Assembly: GCA_965235115.1 (NCBI GenBank)
Contig: OZ249442.1
Coordinates: 18,848,001 to 18,912,000 of the forward strand
Source of the DNA: Laetmonice hystrix
Lineage: Eukaryota
Length of the DNA stretch: 64,000 bases
Direction: 5' to 3'
The notes below the pieces were generated by a model. The model was not told the origin of the DNA. It saw only the letters and a list, made by a program, of their open reading frames with translations, and searched no databases. Of the stretch, positions 12,401 through 25,774 are shown piece after piece (the first letter of the stretch is position 1; each line of letters starts with the position of its first letter). Made by a program: the position numbers and the translations under genes.

Positions 12401-12909
12401 TGTCTTTGTATGTTGGCATGATGTATGTAAGGGTTGTGGCATTAACTAAGGATGGGGACTCCTTGAAGAGGTGGTCCTGGGCAGCTCAGGGGGTGAGGTG
12501 GTGTATGGGAGTTTAGCCCGGGGCCAGGCCAGTGGCACGCTAGCAGGTCAGTCTTATCAGCAGCTGTGGTCAGTTGAGCTATCAACACTGGTGGAATGTG
12601 CCTTCATATCCCACCATATCAGCTTCCACTCAGCAGAGCCTGCTTGGCTCAACCTCTGGCCTTGTGGAGCCACATAGACAAGTGTGGGAGGCTTCCTGAG
12701 CAGCCCCTTGAGCTGCCCTCCCAACCCCCAACTGCCCTTCCAGCCCCCCTGCTCGTCTTGCTGGTGCTCGCACCGCTGCTATGGCTGCATGCATGGTATT
12801 AATCTGTCATTACGCTCTATACAAACATGCTGGGCTGGCTGGCCCAGCATCGCCATTGACAGCTGCAGATGATAGCAGAGGCCAAGCTGCCATACCACCT
12901 CCAGCTCAC

Positions 12910-13047
12910 CTCCATCCCCGCCAGCCCCATGGATGTGGCGGGGGCTGCTGCTGCTGCTGCTGCTGGCTGCACGGCTGCTGCTTCGGCTGCTGCCTTTGCA
13001 CACCAGTGGCCGTGCCACATATTGAATAAATATGGCCCGTCTGGCAT
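12910..13047 (-). CDS. Candidate Ala-rich first exon, product unknown
   Basis: 46 open codons (MPDGPYLFNMWHGHWCAKAAAEAAAVQPAAAAAAAPATSMGLAGME) end at a strong donor GAG|GTGAGC. The Ala run could simply reflect a (GCT)n microsatellite, and the plus strand also has an open frame here. Confidence 0.2.
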
Positions 13048-13068
13048 CAGAGGCGAGGGGAGGTGAAG

Positions 13069-13078
13069 CTATAAATAG
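13069..13078. promoter_or_regulatory. MEF2-consensus / TATA-like site
   Basis: CTATAAATAG matches CTA(A/T)4TAG and contains TATAAA. A CCAAT lies at 13126-13130. Confidence 0.3.
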
Positions 13079-16000
13079 GCGCCATAGACCCATATTGCAC
13101 ATGGCCAGTGCAGCAATTAGCAGAGCCAATCACTACGCAAACCGAGCAGCCATTTTTACTTCTTCATCTAGAGCCGTGAGGCCAGTACCTCCCCTAGAAT
13201 CCTTCAGATAAAAACTGAGACCGGTTTGTGGTGGGGCTCAGTTTGCCCTACAAGAGGGTGCTGAAGAGAGGGCAGCAACTTGTAGAGATAGTCATGAGTT
13301 GTTAGGATATAACTAAAGCATGTAACTTAAATCATGAATCCCAGGCAAAAAATGCAGAGATGATGAAGGGTGAAAAACGAGACAGATTTGATTTGTGAGA
13401 GAGTATTCTCTTTCATGGACGATTTACAGGAACAATTTGACAGATATTGAAGTCAAGTTTAAAATTTGATGTAATTATGATAGAGTTAAGTCGGTAGATA
13501 TTACCTATTCTATTGGTCGTGTCTCCGCACAGATACCAAGAGTTAGTGATTGTTTGGGTGAAAGTTTTCCCTTCCAATACTCGGTAGAGAATGGATGGCT
13601 TAACGTCGGCAGAATGCTATAACTCGTTGTCATCGTGGGTGTACACAGATAGGAGGACACAAATTGTGCTATTTTCCTGTTTACTTCCAGGGGGCATCAG
13701 AGCAGCGGTTGGTGGCTGAACCATAGACAATAGGTACTGCATATTCCACGGCCATTTTCCAATTTGATACGGGATGTCAAAAGCAATTAGAGGAAACCAC
13801 TTCCATGCGGTTTCCTCTGCTCGCAGGGCATCCAGTTTTGTCCCAGGACTTCTGGGGGTGAAAGCAATTACATTAGCTTTTAGATGAGGAAATATGTAAT
13901 ATCTTTACATCCGTAGGAGGTGCTAATTGTTACATCTTCTCGTGTAAACTAAAGGGCGACTAGCTAGGAAGGCGATCATTGAGGGAGGCCGTGTTATCGT
14001 GTTATTCGGGTATATTGTAACACGGCGTACACAGGACTCGTTCTCAGGGTGAACTGATGAGGACGTACACAACCACAGACCACGAGGACAACAGTGAAAT
14101 GGTCCTTTTGAAGTTTCCAACTCCTTGATCAGAACATCAATATTTGTGCAAGCCGTTTTCAAACAACTTTTTCGCTTTCCTTTTTGGGCAGTGTGAGAAA
14201 AAACTTGCACTGGCATGCTGCACCAAGCACAATGGTATGGAATACTCATCTCTGTACTTCTCTGCTTTGATATTGGGAAGGAACTGTAAGTTTGACTTAT
14301 GTGGAAGCCAGAGGTGGATTAGGCTGAAAGCTAGTTGTCTTTATGAAAGGGCATTGGTTTCATTGGAAGGCCTCTTTTGTGTATTTCCCCAACCAGAAAG
14401 AGATATCGAGCCTCAAAGAAATGCCAATGGCGATATTAATAAATTTTCCATCTGTGACTCCAAATAGGCGATTATGATGGATAGAGCATTATGGGGCATT
14501 TGTAGATTGTGGAACCATTCGGGCATGGGAGGTGAAAGTGTTATTTTGACCGATGTCTGCCTGATGGTTTTAAAAGGAGGCTGAATGCCGTGGCAAACAA
14601 AGGGGGCGCGTGGTCGTTGCATCAGTACCCCTTTCGCGGGTGTCAGGGCGCGAGGCAAGCATTAATGGCCATTAAAATATAGTAGGGGCCGCGTTATCGC
14701 CCTTTGCGATTTCTGTGAAGAACATGAATCATATTAGTGCTTGCATGTCACAGCCGATGCATTCATGTGGATGGTTCGAGAATTCTTCAGCCCTCAGATG
14801 GCTGTCCGACGATGGCCAGAGAATGCCCGGATCAGCTCTAGCCACCAGGCCTGCCAGCCCCCCAGAAATCCCTTTCAAAAGATTCATTTTATGCCACACT
14901 GTATAAATGGATGAAATGGATGCAGTGGAGGGCCGGTTCAGGATGGGCCATTGAAGGGGTCCGCCAGAGTAGATTTATTGTTTCACATGATGTCAGGATC
15001 ATGAAAGGCGCCGAGAGGACAGTCGTGTTGCCTGTGCCCGGCCTGGCCTTGGCGGGCGGGAAGTCGGGGTGCATGGGCCACAGCATTGTTACGTGGTGTA
15101 ATGGCCGCACCTTTCATGAAACGTCGCACTCACAAGAAGGAGGTCACCATGCTGCCTATACCGATAGCACGAGGTGTACGTAACTTGTGAACTGTGAAAT
15201 ACCGCCTGAAATCAATATCATCGATTCTCACCTCGGCATCGCGATAGGTTCCTTCACTGGGGGAGAGAGGAGCCATGGGCAAACCATCGGATGATAAGTG
15301 CATGTCAGCTGGGAACCCAATGTGACCCAGGTCACTGACTAGGGGGTAGAGGTGCACTGCTCGCATATGCACAAACCTTTTTTCTCTCCCAGAGCGCATT
15401 GTCTGAGCAAAGCGTAGGTATTCGATACACATTTCACGGATGGCTGCACTACATACCACAATAAGTGTGACGTTTCGCTTCTGTCCTACTCATTACCGCA
15501 TTTTTCAAAGGGAAGAAAATTGAGTACCACAGACAATATCGGAGCGAAATTTCCATGTCAAATGCAGAAAGCAGTTGTGAAAACAAAGGTGGCTTGACAC
15601 CTCGGTTAGAGATGAGGTCAGTGGGATGATGGAATGGCGACAAGAATAATCATAGTTACAGTGCTCTCACTTCAGTAATAAGCGGCCTTGGGTACTAATT
15701 CACAAGTGGGTCAGGGCTCGGCCACAATGAGCGGTGCCTGTCAGGCGCACCCATCTTTTTGCACCTGTAGACAAGGTTGTATTGTTCTCTTCAAGGGGTG
15801 TTTCTATTCACAGCACTACTTTGAGGGAGGCACCCCCAACCCGGCCAGTTATTTACCCCCAAAAAACACCGCCACCATACTGATTTAAATTGGTAGCCTA
15901 GAGAGGTCTATAGAAAATTGAACTTTCGAAAAGTTCAAGATGTAGCCAAGAAAAATGGTCATTAGTGACTGCAAATTTGTGAAGAATGAAGCGGAAAACA

Positions 16001-19000
16001 AAAGGGGACAGATGTACTGTTCGCCAGGCCTTAATTGCAATCCTTAGATTGTAATTAATACGTGGATTCCTTAGACTCTTCATAGCTGACTTTTTTGTCT
16101 TTCGAGTCAGATCCAAGTGGCATTAATTACATGCACAAGCAATTAGAGGAGATTCTCATTAAGACTGTTACAGTGGTTGATGAATGGGGTGGGAAATACG
16201 ACCGGTAGCTTGGCAGCTCCTCGTTTGGTTGGCAGTGTAATGTTCACTTCTCCTGCTTGACGTTGCTCTCCTCTGGCTCTTTCTCTGCAGTCGACGGTGC
16301 AAGAGGGGCGGGACACCACTTGACTTGTTGAACAGGTGGCAGTAACTTGGGCAGGTAGGCAGGTGCTGAAGCAAGCAGCTGCTGGTAGTCCCAATGAGCC
16401 TACAGCCGATTGAAGCACAACTGTGACGGACAGTTTAAAGCGTGTTAAGCAAACTTATAGCTAGAAGTGATAAATGTCCAGCACCAGTAGGTCGCCAAGG
16501 AGAAAAACATTTTCAACCTAAAACAACATCGCCTTTTTTAATGCTTGAGGCAGCAGGTTGAATGTATACCTTCTTTAAGGTGGGAGTAAACCAGTAAGAA
16601 TAGAAGTACGAGTTGACAAATTGTGAAGACTAACGGGTGAAATCGGTTAATGGAGACTGGTAGGAGGGCAATATTTGTGTGTGCATCTATAGGCCTGACA
16701 CAGAGAGGAGCTGAGACGTTGTGACTCGTCGCTCCCACCGGAGTCATTATAAAGTGCTGGACACCTCCAACACTCTGAGGGCAGTCAACTTGTCCGACTT
16801 TATGACTCGACAAAAGTGGGGAGCATTACGTCCCTGGGTCCACAGGCATGACATCTTGTCACCCCCTAAATTCTCACTCCCCCGGGGGGAGTTGCCCCTA
16901 CCAACCGATACCTCTCGCCATATAAGAACCCCACCGCCCTCCAAGTTAATTGTTTTGCCATTCCGGTGCAAACAATGAGGGAAGTAAAGCTGCTCAAGAG
17001 GGAGATATAGGTGGTAGTCAGAAATCTTTGATGTTACCCGACCTTGAGTGTGGCCTGGTGAGCAGCCATTCTCATGCAAATTTATACAAATATCGCTGAA
17101 TGACTAATTGTCCCTCAGTGAGACAGTGTTGGCCTGCTCAACTAACTGACCCGGCTGGTCTCTGGTGGCTCGAGGTCGGTGTTATAAAGAACCGGTAAAT
17201 AGCCTAGGGATTCGCCCAGAGTTCTGATTTTGAGAAGAATCCCGTTCAGAGTGATTGAGGAAAGTTGAAAATTCCACAAGGCTATATAAATATTGTGAAA
17301 TGAGCAAAAGGTGCTCACGGTCTCACAGTCTCTTACAAGGCAAAAACTTAATGGTGTTACCACGCTGTTAGTAACAGTTAAGAGGACTCTCCGCTCTAGA
17401 GCAATAAAGCAATTGGATGTATACTTATATCGTGAAATATACTCGCATTTTGTGCACATATGGCAAGGTTCCATAGTATCATATGCTGTCATATTGGATA
17501 GATAGCAATTTGCTTCATTCAGTGGCTTTCATACACCTCTTGGTGACCTTACCCTACTGTATTTTAAAAAATAGGAAAAAACTCTTCTTTGGTATAAAAC
17601 GTGTGCCTTGACCTAGCTTCTCATTTGCTTAGTACTTCACCCTCGTTCAATCGAAATAAGCATGTTAATTTGCCTAAAAGGCCATGTTTTTTTAAAGGCC
17701 AATGGTCTTGCAGTGCCTTGGTATAGGGAAGGATTGATCAATATGTCTTGCCATTATTCACGATGATTTAACACAGATTCCCCCGTATCATAAACACCAA
17801 TTATAGCTTAATTGGCAATTGAGCTTCATGCATGATTCACAGACCACTTGTCAAGGAAAAAGTCTGACAAAGTTTCATTAATTAGTAGAAAGAATAAGTA
17901 ATTAACAGTCATCAGCATGTTGATTAGCCCATCTTAGTCAGAGTCTGATGAGATCTCAATTATAAATGTATTACAAATTATATGCATGATGGTGTGTCAG
18001 CTAGGGATGATGCAAGAGCACACATATCGTTCACTTTCCATTTGGATCCTGCTAGGGTAGACAGGGAGTGCGTGAATCGTCGGACTACAGCATTCTTCTA
18101 ATGCACTATTTCAGCTTTGTCTGCTAGAGCTGTTGCACCACATTTGTTCACGGGTTGATGTTACACTTGTGCTAGGGATATAAAATCATCATGCTGATGA
18201 GATCCAAGTCAATATCTCATTAAACAGCTCATATTTTTATCAGGCTGAAAGTAATGAGATTAATTATTTCATTTGATTAAATTTTTAATTTCAGCATATG
18301 TACCGACAGTTTTTTATTTTTCTGGTCGTGTGAAAAGTTAGGGATGCAGTCGCTGCAGAGTCAGTATTCATGAGGCTTTGAGGCAGAGATATAAGAATAA
18401 CAAGGGGTGATGAGAAAAGATTAATTTCCTGCTAGCTGGTGTACTTATAAGACAATAATTAGGCTGGAATAGCAACATAATGCAAATGCTCAGCTTACGC
18501 TTCGTAATGGGAAGCCGAGTGACTTCTTTCATATCAATAACAATTATATGCAACGTGTGCCAGACTGACATTATCGCCACAATATCGACTGATAATTATA
18601 ACCCATCATACCAGATTGTGAGCGTTGTTACAACCAGAGGCCGTTTTTTCCCTATCTAGTTTTTCCCGGCTCACCCTTGTCTGTTTCTCTTGAAGACATT
18701 TGGAGCCATTTAAACGGGTGCCGCAATTGAGAACAATTGTGTTAGAAGAGTATGATGAGCCTGTGCTCATAAACTGTGTAAAAAAAGATAGCCAAAAAAG
18801 AAAGCCTCCAATTTAAAATAGCCCGAGGGAACGCGGCCTTATAAACCCAGTGGCAATCGCCTTTGAAAAGTGGGCAAGCCTTGTTGGTGGCTGACGAGGT
18901 GGTTATCTAGAGGCCCATCAATACCGAAGCATTCACCAGTCGGCTGGAAGGCTCCAATCGCAACGGATTGACTAACATTGTCTCTGGTAATTCAATTGAA

Positions 19001-19544
19001 CCAGTGAAATGGTGCGGTGGTCAAATTGGTTTTAATTGCATTTGATGAGGGAGATAATTGCAGCAGTGGCACCGTTGTGTGTGAGATGATGTAGAGATAC
19101 AGAGCGAAGCCTCTTTCCCGCCACGTTGCTGCCATCAAATGCATAGTTTGCTCCACATATATTCGTCGTATTTACTCCCCTCTTAGAACTGTAACAATGA
19201 TCAACTTTTAAACAATTACAATCCAATTTCAGAGTAAATCGATTACAACTTTAATTTCTGAATGAAGATAGCTTTTGCATCACCACCGGAGGTATATGTG
19301 GCGTCGAAAAGTCCTGAATATTAAAAAATAATCGACTCCATAAAGTCATGCCTTGAGCAAGAGATGCACGTCTGTGTGGTGTAGAAAAATGGTTTACAGT
19401 CACTGGTTTCATGTCTATAGTCAGCTGGGTATCCTTCATTAGTGATTATTGGTAGGGGGTACAAATTAGACATAACCATGGCAGATATTTCACACGAGTA
19501 TTTGTTAAAATTAGGGCACAAAAATTCCCGACACACGCACAAAA

Positions 19545-19569
19545 AGAGAGAGGGAGAGAGAGAGAGAGA
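19545..19569. repeat. (GA)n microsatellite
   Basis: Near-perfect GA dinucleotide run. Confidence 0.9.
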
Positions 19570-22500
19570 AGTGAAACTGATTGCATGTATTTTAACCAGA
19601 AGGTGGAGAGAGCGGTAAATGGAAAATGAAATCTATTTAAATACAACCATCCTTGTGATTTCCACCCCCCAGGTTGGCCGAGAAACGCAGAGATGCCATG
19701 GCTTGTCATAACCACAGGCACCTGCTATAAAAAGCCGGCGTGTTTTATGCAGTGGGAGTGTGTCGACTTGACACTCGGCTACAAGAGGTGGCAGGTTTTA
19801 CGTGGTTTAAGTCCATTACTCTCCAACATGGTTCACAGGCACACCACAATGGCTTATTTGGCACCAGCAATTGATTTCTCTGCCTGCTTAGGTTTATTCA
19901 GGTTTTAACTTTCCAATCACTGCGGCGAAAAAATTTAAATGGGTTGTTAAAAAACGTGAGCTGCCACAGCCGGCTGGTGTTGTGGGGAGCGCTAATAATG
20001 CAGCGGGAAAATCTGCGGTGGAAGCTTGTAGGTAGAAACAAAGCACAGCCCGACTGGCATCGTTTTCTGTCAGGGCTCCCCTTACATAAGATGTCAAATC
20101 AGAGGAATGAAATGTGAAGTGATTTAGTCATGCAAAGTTTATAATTCTCTACTCTGGAGCAGGTAAACTCAATGACTTCATCACATGTTGGATGGTTTGA
20201 AAGGGGGAACAAAGCAGATTTATGGATTTTTAAAACTTTTTTTCCGTCCTATAATTAAGACGGTCATATTGAAACAAGTCGGTAATATAGGTTTAATTAT
20301 AATGTTTTACCTTAATGGTGCTAGTTTTATCCCAAATGTGTTTTTAAAGACATAAATATAAAACAATAGGTTTAATTGTCTTGGTACCATTAATATTCAC
20401 TCAGCAATTAATATTAATGGGTTCACCTATGACCTGCCTCAGTGGACAAGCCTGGGGATACCAGGAGTGCTGCCTTTTCCAGTACTGGTATGTGATTTAG
20501 TTTGCACCATACACGACATTTATCGTTGGTTCCAGAGAGTGGACCGATCCGTACCAGTCAGCCTATATAGAGCCGTGTGCGGGCAATGACCTTTTTTGGC
20601 GACAGAGTTATGCAACCGCCGCTTGGGCTCTAGGGTAATAGTCTGAAGGAATTTGAACTGTAACGGCTGTGAAGGTGACTCTAAAGAGAAAGGAAGTCTG
20701 GCCACTAGGAAATTGATGAGCCTAGCTGACCAGCCCAAGTCTCGCGTAAGTGGCATTGTTTCACACTCAATAAACAAGCGCAGGCTTCAATGACCACGGT
20801 CAGTGAGCATGGTCTATTGAACCCCTCCCAGCTTTCACCACCCCTTTTCACCAATTGATTATCCCCACCCCCCATTGTGGGTCAACTTTTGTGCGTGCCT
20901 TTACACCCCATTCCCATCGTGGGCAGTCTCACCCCTCAGTCTGGCCCACCTGCAGTTCAAAGAAAGAACTTCTTAACAATACAGGATTAAAAACAGCTCC
21001 AACCCGTGAACCCCTGAAATAAATTCAGGATTACCTGATTTGCATATATGCAAATACTGAGATTAATCAGCTAATTTGGCCTTGGTCAGACAACCAGAAT
21101 ACCTTCCCGCCAGTTTCGTAGTAAAGCTGCACTATTCAAACTTTTGTCTTTGTCAGGCAGTTGAAATAATCGGCCGCAGCAAAGAATGACACATTGAGAC
21201 AAGAAGAGAAAAGATTTGGGGAGCTCCTTTGTTGCTATTGATTGAAGTGGGTCCGTGTATTTAGATGCAAATCACAACCAGGGTTCCAAATTTAGGACAG
21301 GGTCAAGCCAGGAGCAAGGGACAAATGACATTACATTTTTTATTAGTAGGGTGAGGACCCGTAGATATCATTTGCAGGGACCCGTCAGTCATGGTTGCAG
21401 GGTGACTAGTGTGGACCAGAGTCATTATGATAGGAGTGGGGACCCTGGTCCAGCCTTTGTACCAGCACAACCACTAATCAGATCACTTGGAAGATCACTG
21501 CTCGTGAGAATTTGGCATTTCTGATGATAATGACTACCTCCAACCGGGTCATGAACTAATTCATTTAGACGCCGTGTTTCAAGGGAACGTCGTGAAATTT
21601 CGGCATTGGAGCATTTTAAGCATGTGGTACATTGTTTGTAATGATGAACCATTATCCCAGCTTATGCATTAGCAAAAGTAAATAATGAACGCAATTTCAT
21701 TGATAATTTAAACAAGTGAGTGTGTGCACACACAGATAATGACGTAGCCTTAGTGAGCGAACCCTGTGTAGTCATATGTGAAACGCGATTTGCAGCACTG
21801 CAGTGCAAAGAATTAATTATCACCGACATGTAAATATCACTCTAAGAGTGTTCGATAATATTAGTCGCTTCTTTTTTTGTTAACTAGGAAACTGGCACGG
21901 GGCTTCGTGGCAGTGGGATAGCACTTCTGAATCACGGAATCACAAAACATGTAAATGGCAGGAGGGGCGGCACATGCAAGTGGTATGGGCCGACAATTGG
22001 GAGGTCCCCACATACCATAACAGGTCCAAAAGCACCACTCAAATTCTCATATACACTGGTCTAGTGCCATTTCATATGGAATCAAGTTTGATGGCCAACT
22101 GCAAACAAAGAAGATGTGACATAATTAGTGATTCTGGTCAGTCTGGGGCGGGATAGCCATGTTCAGAAAGGACCAGCTGCCAAGTGGGATTGTGTGTTGG
22201 GAGGGAGGAGCCTAATTAGATGTGACCCATCTGTGAGCTGGGATGGCTGAGATGGTTTGGTCCTAATCATTGGACCTGCCCTACTCTTATAGCGGCCACA
22301 ATAAGTGTCGGTCATTAACTGAGCGCCACACGTTCAACTCGCACACGGTTATCACAGACTGTGTCGACAGTGTATAGCTAACTCTACATTGGTATTGTCC
22401 CCTCGGCTGAGCCCATCATACAAATTGTCTGCCCGAACTCCTCACAGGACCTGCTCAGGAATTGTTCCTGATCAGGATTCTGTCTGGCTACATAGCTAGA

Positions 22501-22663
22501 AACTAGCCGTAATGTGCCAATAGCAACCTAAAGGAATCTCCACGCCAGTGTCTCAGTCAGACTCGTATTAAAGACGGTCAGAATAGTTGTAATCTGTTTG
22601 AACTGTAACAGTTACTTTTGGATGCTGATTTTCTGATCCACCGGAAAGTATGATGTCCTTGAC

Positions 22664-22723
22664 AGCTCACATTTGGCAGGAGTGTAACATTAAAGCTCAC
22701 ATTTGGCGGGAGTGTAACATTAA
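22664..22723. repeat. 30-bp tandem duplication
   Basis: AGCTCACATTTGGC(A/G)GGAGTGTAACATTAA occurs twice with one mismatch. Confidence 0.95.
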
Positions 22724-24503
22724 AGAAAATATTGAAAAATACTTCTACCTCTTATATGACATCTGGTTGTTGGCCAACATATCAGAGATAAAATACTTAT
22801 CTTAGAAGCCTAAATTAATTACAAATGTAATCGTTTTCCCGTGAGTAATGACAAAAAAAGACAAACAAACCGGGTAACTGTCAGCCCGCGACCATAAAGG
22901 GCGTACTGTAGAGATTTGTAGGGACACGTGTTATACAATGTATGCAAATTGTGTCTGCATGCGTTTTATTCCAATATGTTATTTTTTGTGTTCTATTTAT
23001 GTGTCACATTTAGTTGTATTAAAAATGTCAAGGATACAAACCTGATTTTAGCGACAAAAGGTGCGAAGTATTGTGTATAAAAACAGTGCATGAGCAGGTA
23101 GAAAACCTCAAGGGAATATCTCATTGACGTAAAAACATCTATACCCGTAGGTAGGTACACCCGTGGGGCAATGATAAGTAGGAGGGCTTCCACTCCCTCC
23201 CTCTGGGCAACGAGCACATCGCACTTTGGGTTTTTTGGTCATTTTTTATTTGTTTTTACAGCTTTCCAGACATGCACATATTGATTTTTACATGGTTGTT
23301 GATCATCAAGAATTGAACCAGAATGGATCTTAACTGGGCTTCCAAACAAGACTCCCCTAATGCTTAGCTCCCTTGATCACTCATTTTTTTAGTGTTGCAT
23401 TCATCAATCTGTCGCAGACGTAATATCTCTTAAATAGAAAGACGGTGAAGAGTGTGACAGCGGTTATATTTGAAGGGAAGCCTTAACTGCTGGAGCCTTC
23501 GAAGATGTTATTTCCACTGATGGATTGGGTGCACGAAATCTAAAGTTGATATGTGGCAACGGATATTTGAATTGCATACATCTTTGGATAAAATGGATTA
23601 ATGTGTTTGGTTGGGTTAGCGACAGGGGCGCCCTCTGGGTGAAAGATGTATGACATGGCGGGGTCAGGTTGACGGTGTGGGATGGGTAGGATGGGGCCTG
23701 TATCTTGATGGCATCCTAGCCGCACAGCCGCTCGCCCCTCACTGCAGACTTAGCCGGGGCCTATGGCATAATTACATAGTGCAGACTGGTAAGTGAAGCT
23801 GATGGCTAGCCGGGCTAGAGGAGTGATCTCAGTTGCTGATCTTAACTTGTTTGGCGTGGTCTGATGTTAATACCATCTCTAGGTTGGTGACACGGCAGTG
23901 GTCCGAGAGCGGCCATTGGGGGGCAGGCGGGGCGCAGGGCTTGCACGACCATCGCCGCCCTTGACGTCAGACTCCATAATAACGATATTGCGCAGAAAAT
24001 ATAAAGATGATATCAGTGAGTGGTTGAGGTGGCCTAATGGACCGCTGGGATGTTGGGGCCGGTCAGGGCAGGCCAGTTAAGGCCAGGCCCCGCACGGCAA
24101 GGCATGCAATGAAACGGAGCAGGGGGAGCGGCCACGAACTGGGTCTAATTGTCACCCGCCTCATTCTCCCACGTTCACGTCACCCCTCTCCTCACAGTCA
24201 GTTATTTCGGGTTTAGTGATGCTGGCCAGGCGCAAATTTTGGTGACTCTGATGAGTATATATGGGTGGTAAGCAATATCTGTGTACCTGTTGTTTGTATT
24301 TGGGGAGATTGGTTTCAGATCTACACAATTCGGTGAGGCAGCAGTCACTGTCATGATGATTTACTGAGAAAATGAGGGAATTAGTAGTGATGAAATAATA
24401 TACATATTCAACTTGTTTCTTATGATATATTTGTGGAAGTCGGCACCACCCAGGGACTTTCTACCAACCTCATGCAGCTATATTAAGTAAGGCCTGGCCT
24501 ATA

Positions 24504-24999
24504 AACCGTTCCTTACCGTGGCCTACAAGTTGATAACCGTTTCTTACCGTGGCCTACAAGTTGATAACCGTTCCTTACCGTGGCCTACAAGTTGATAACC
24601 GTTCCTTACCGTGGCCTACAAGTTGATAACCGTTTCTTACCGTGGCCTACAAGTTGATAACCGTTTCTTACCGTGGCCTACAAGTTGATAACCGTTCCTT
24701 AGCGTGGCCTACAAGTTGATAACCGTTCCTTAGCGTGGCCTACAAGTTGATAACCGTTCCTTACCGTGACCTACAAGTTGATAACCGTTCCTTACCGTGA
24801 CCTACAAGTTGATAACCGTTCCTTACCGTGGCCTACAAGTTGATAACCGTTCCTTACCGTGACCTACAAGTTGATAACCGTTCCTTACCGTGACCTACAA
24901 GTTGATAACCGTTCCTTACCGTGGCCTACAAGTTGATAACCGTTCCTTACCGTGGCCTACAAGTTGATAACCGTTCCTTACCGTGGCCTACAAGTTGAT
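24504..24999. repeat. Minisatellite, 16 x 31 bp
   Basis: Unit AACCGTTCCTTACCGTGGCCTACAAGTTGAT is repeated head-to-tail with no spacers. Three single-base variants occur. Confidence 0.98.
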
Positions 25000-25636
25000 G
25001 TAAAAACCTTTCTATCATGACAGAACGCTCATTAGTAAATTACGTGGCCTTTTTTCGAGGGATAGAATTCCAGAGTTTGTCAGTACTGGATACAGTTATA
25101 TCAAGTTATACGTCATATACCGGGCCGCACGCAGTCAGTGGGTGCGTATATAGGACGGATACCGTGGAGGAAAGGGCGTGATTGGTTAACCAGTTGTCAA
25201 TCTTCCCCACCTCCAGACAGTGGAGCGTAGTGGCCCCGGTTTGTATCAGTGATATGTTCAACCTACCGGGGAAACAGATTTAACCCCCCCCCCCCCCCAA
25301 GTCCAACATGCCCCACGCGGTCATCTAAATCGAGGTTAAAAATGCTATATTTTACAATGTCATAAGTGTAGTCAAAGGTGATTACAGTTTTTAACCCACC
25401 TTTCTTCAGTGATCGTGTTGGACGTACACGTTGTATATGAAAACGTGTGTGTGTGGAGATACTTTGAACTGGAGCTCAAGTTACCAGCCGGCGGTGTGTT
25501 GAACCTAGGTTAAATGTAGCCTACCGCGGTCAAATTAAACAGGACGAACTTGTATCAGAACCTGTACACCGGAGCTGTACGCATGAAAAAACACAACACC
25601 TGTAGTGGGTTTTCTTTTTAAAAAACATCTTTGTGC

Positions 25637-25774
25637 NNNNNNNNNNNNNNNNNNNNNNNNNNNNNNNNNNNNNNNNNNNNNNNNNNNNNNNNNNNNNNNN
25701 NNNNNNNNNNNNNNNNNNNNNNNNNNNNNNNNNNNNNNNNNNNNNNNNNNNNNNNNNNNNNNNNNNNNNNNNNN
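25637..25774. other. Assembly gap (138 N)
   Basis: Run of N followed by a C-run. Confidence 1.

Noticed and set aside
13385-13450. CERVFS peptide resembling the hAT dimerisation motif
   Set aside because: A six-residue match followed by a stop, with no other transposase remnants.
23440-23470. GTGTGACAGCGG, a partial match to miR-210
   Set aside because: The seed region does not match and there is no precursor hairpin.
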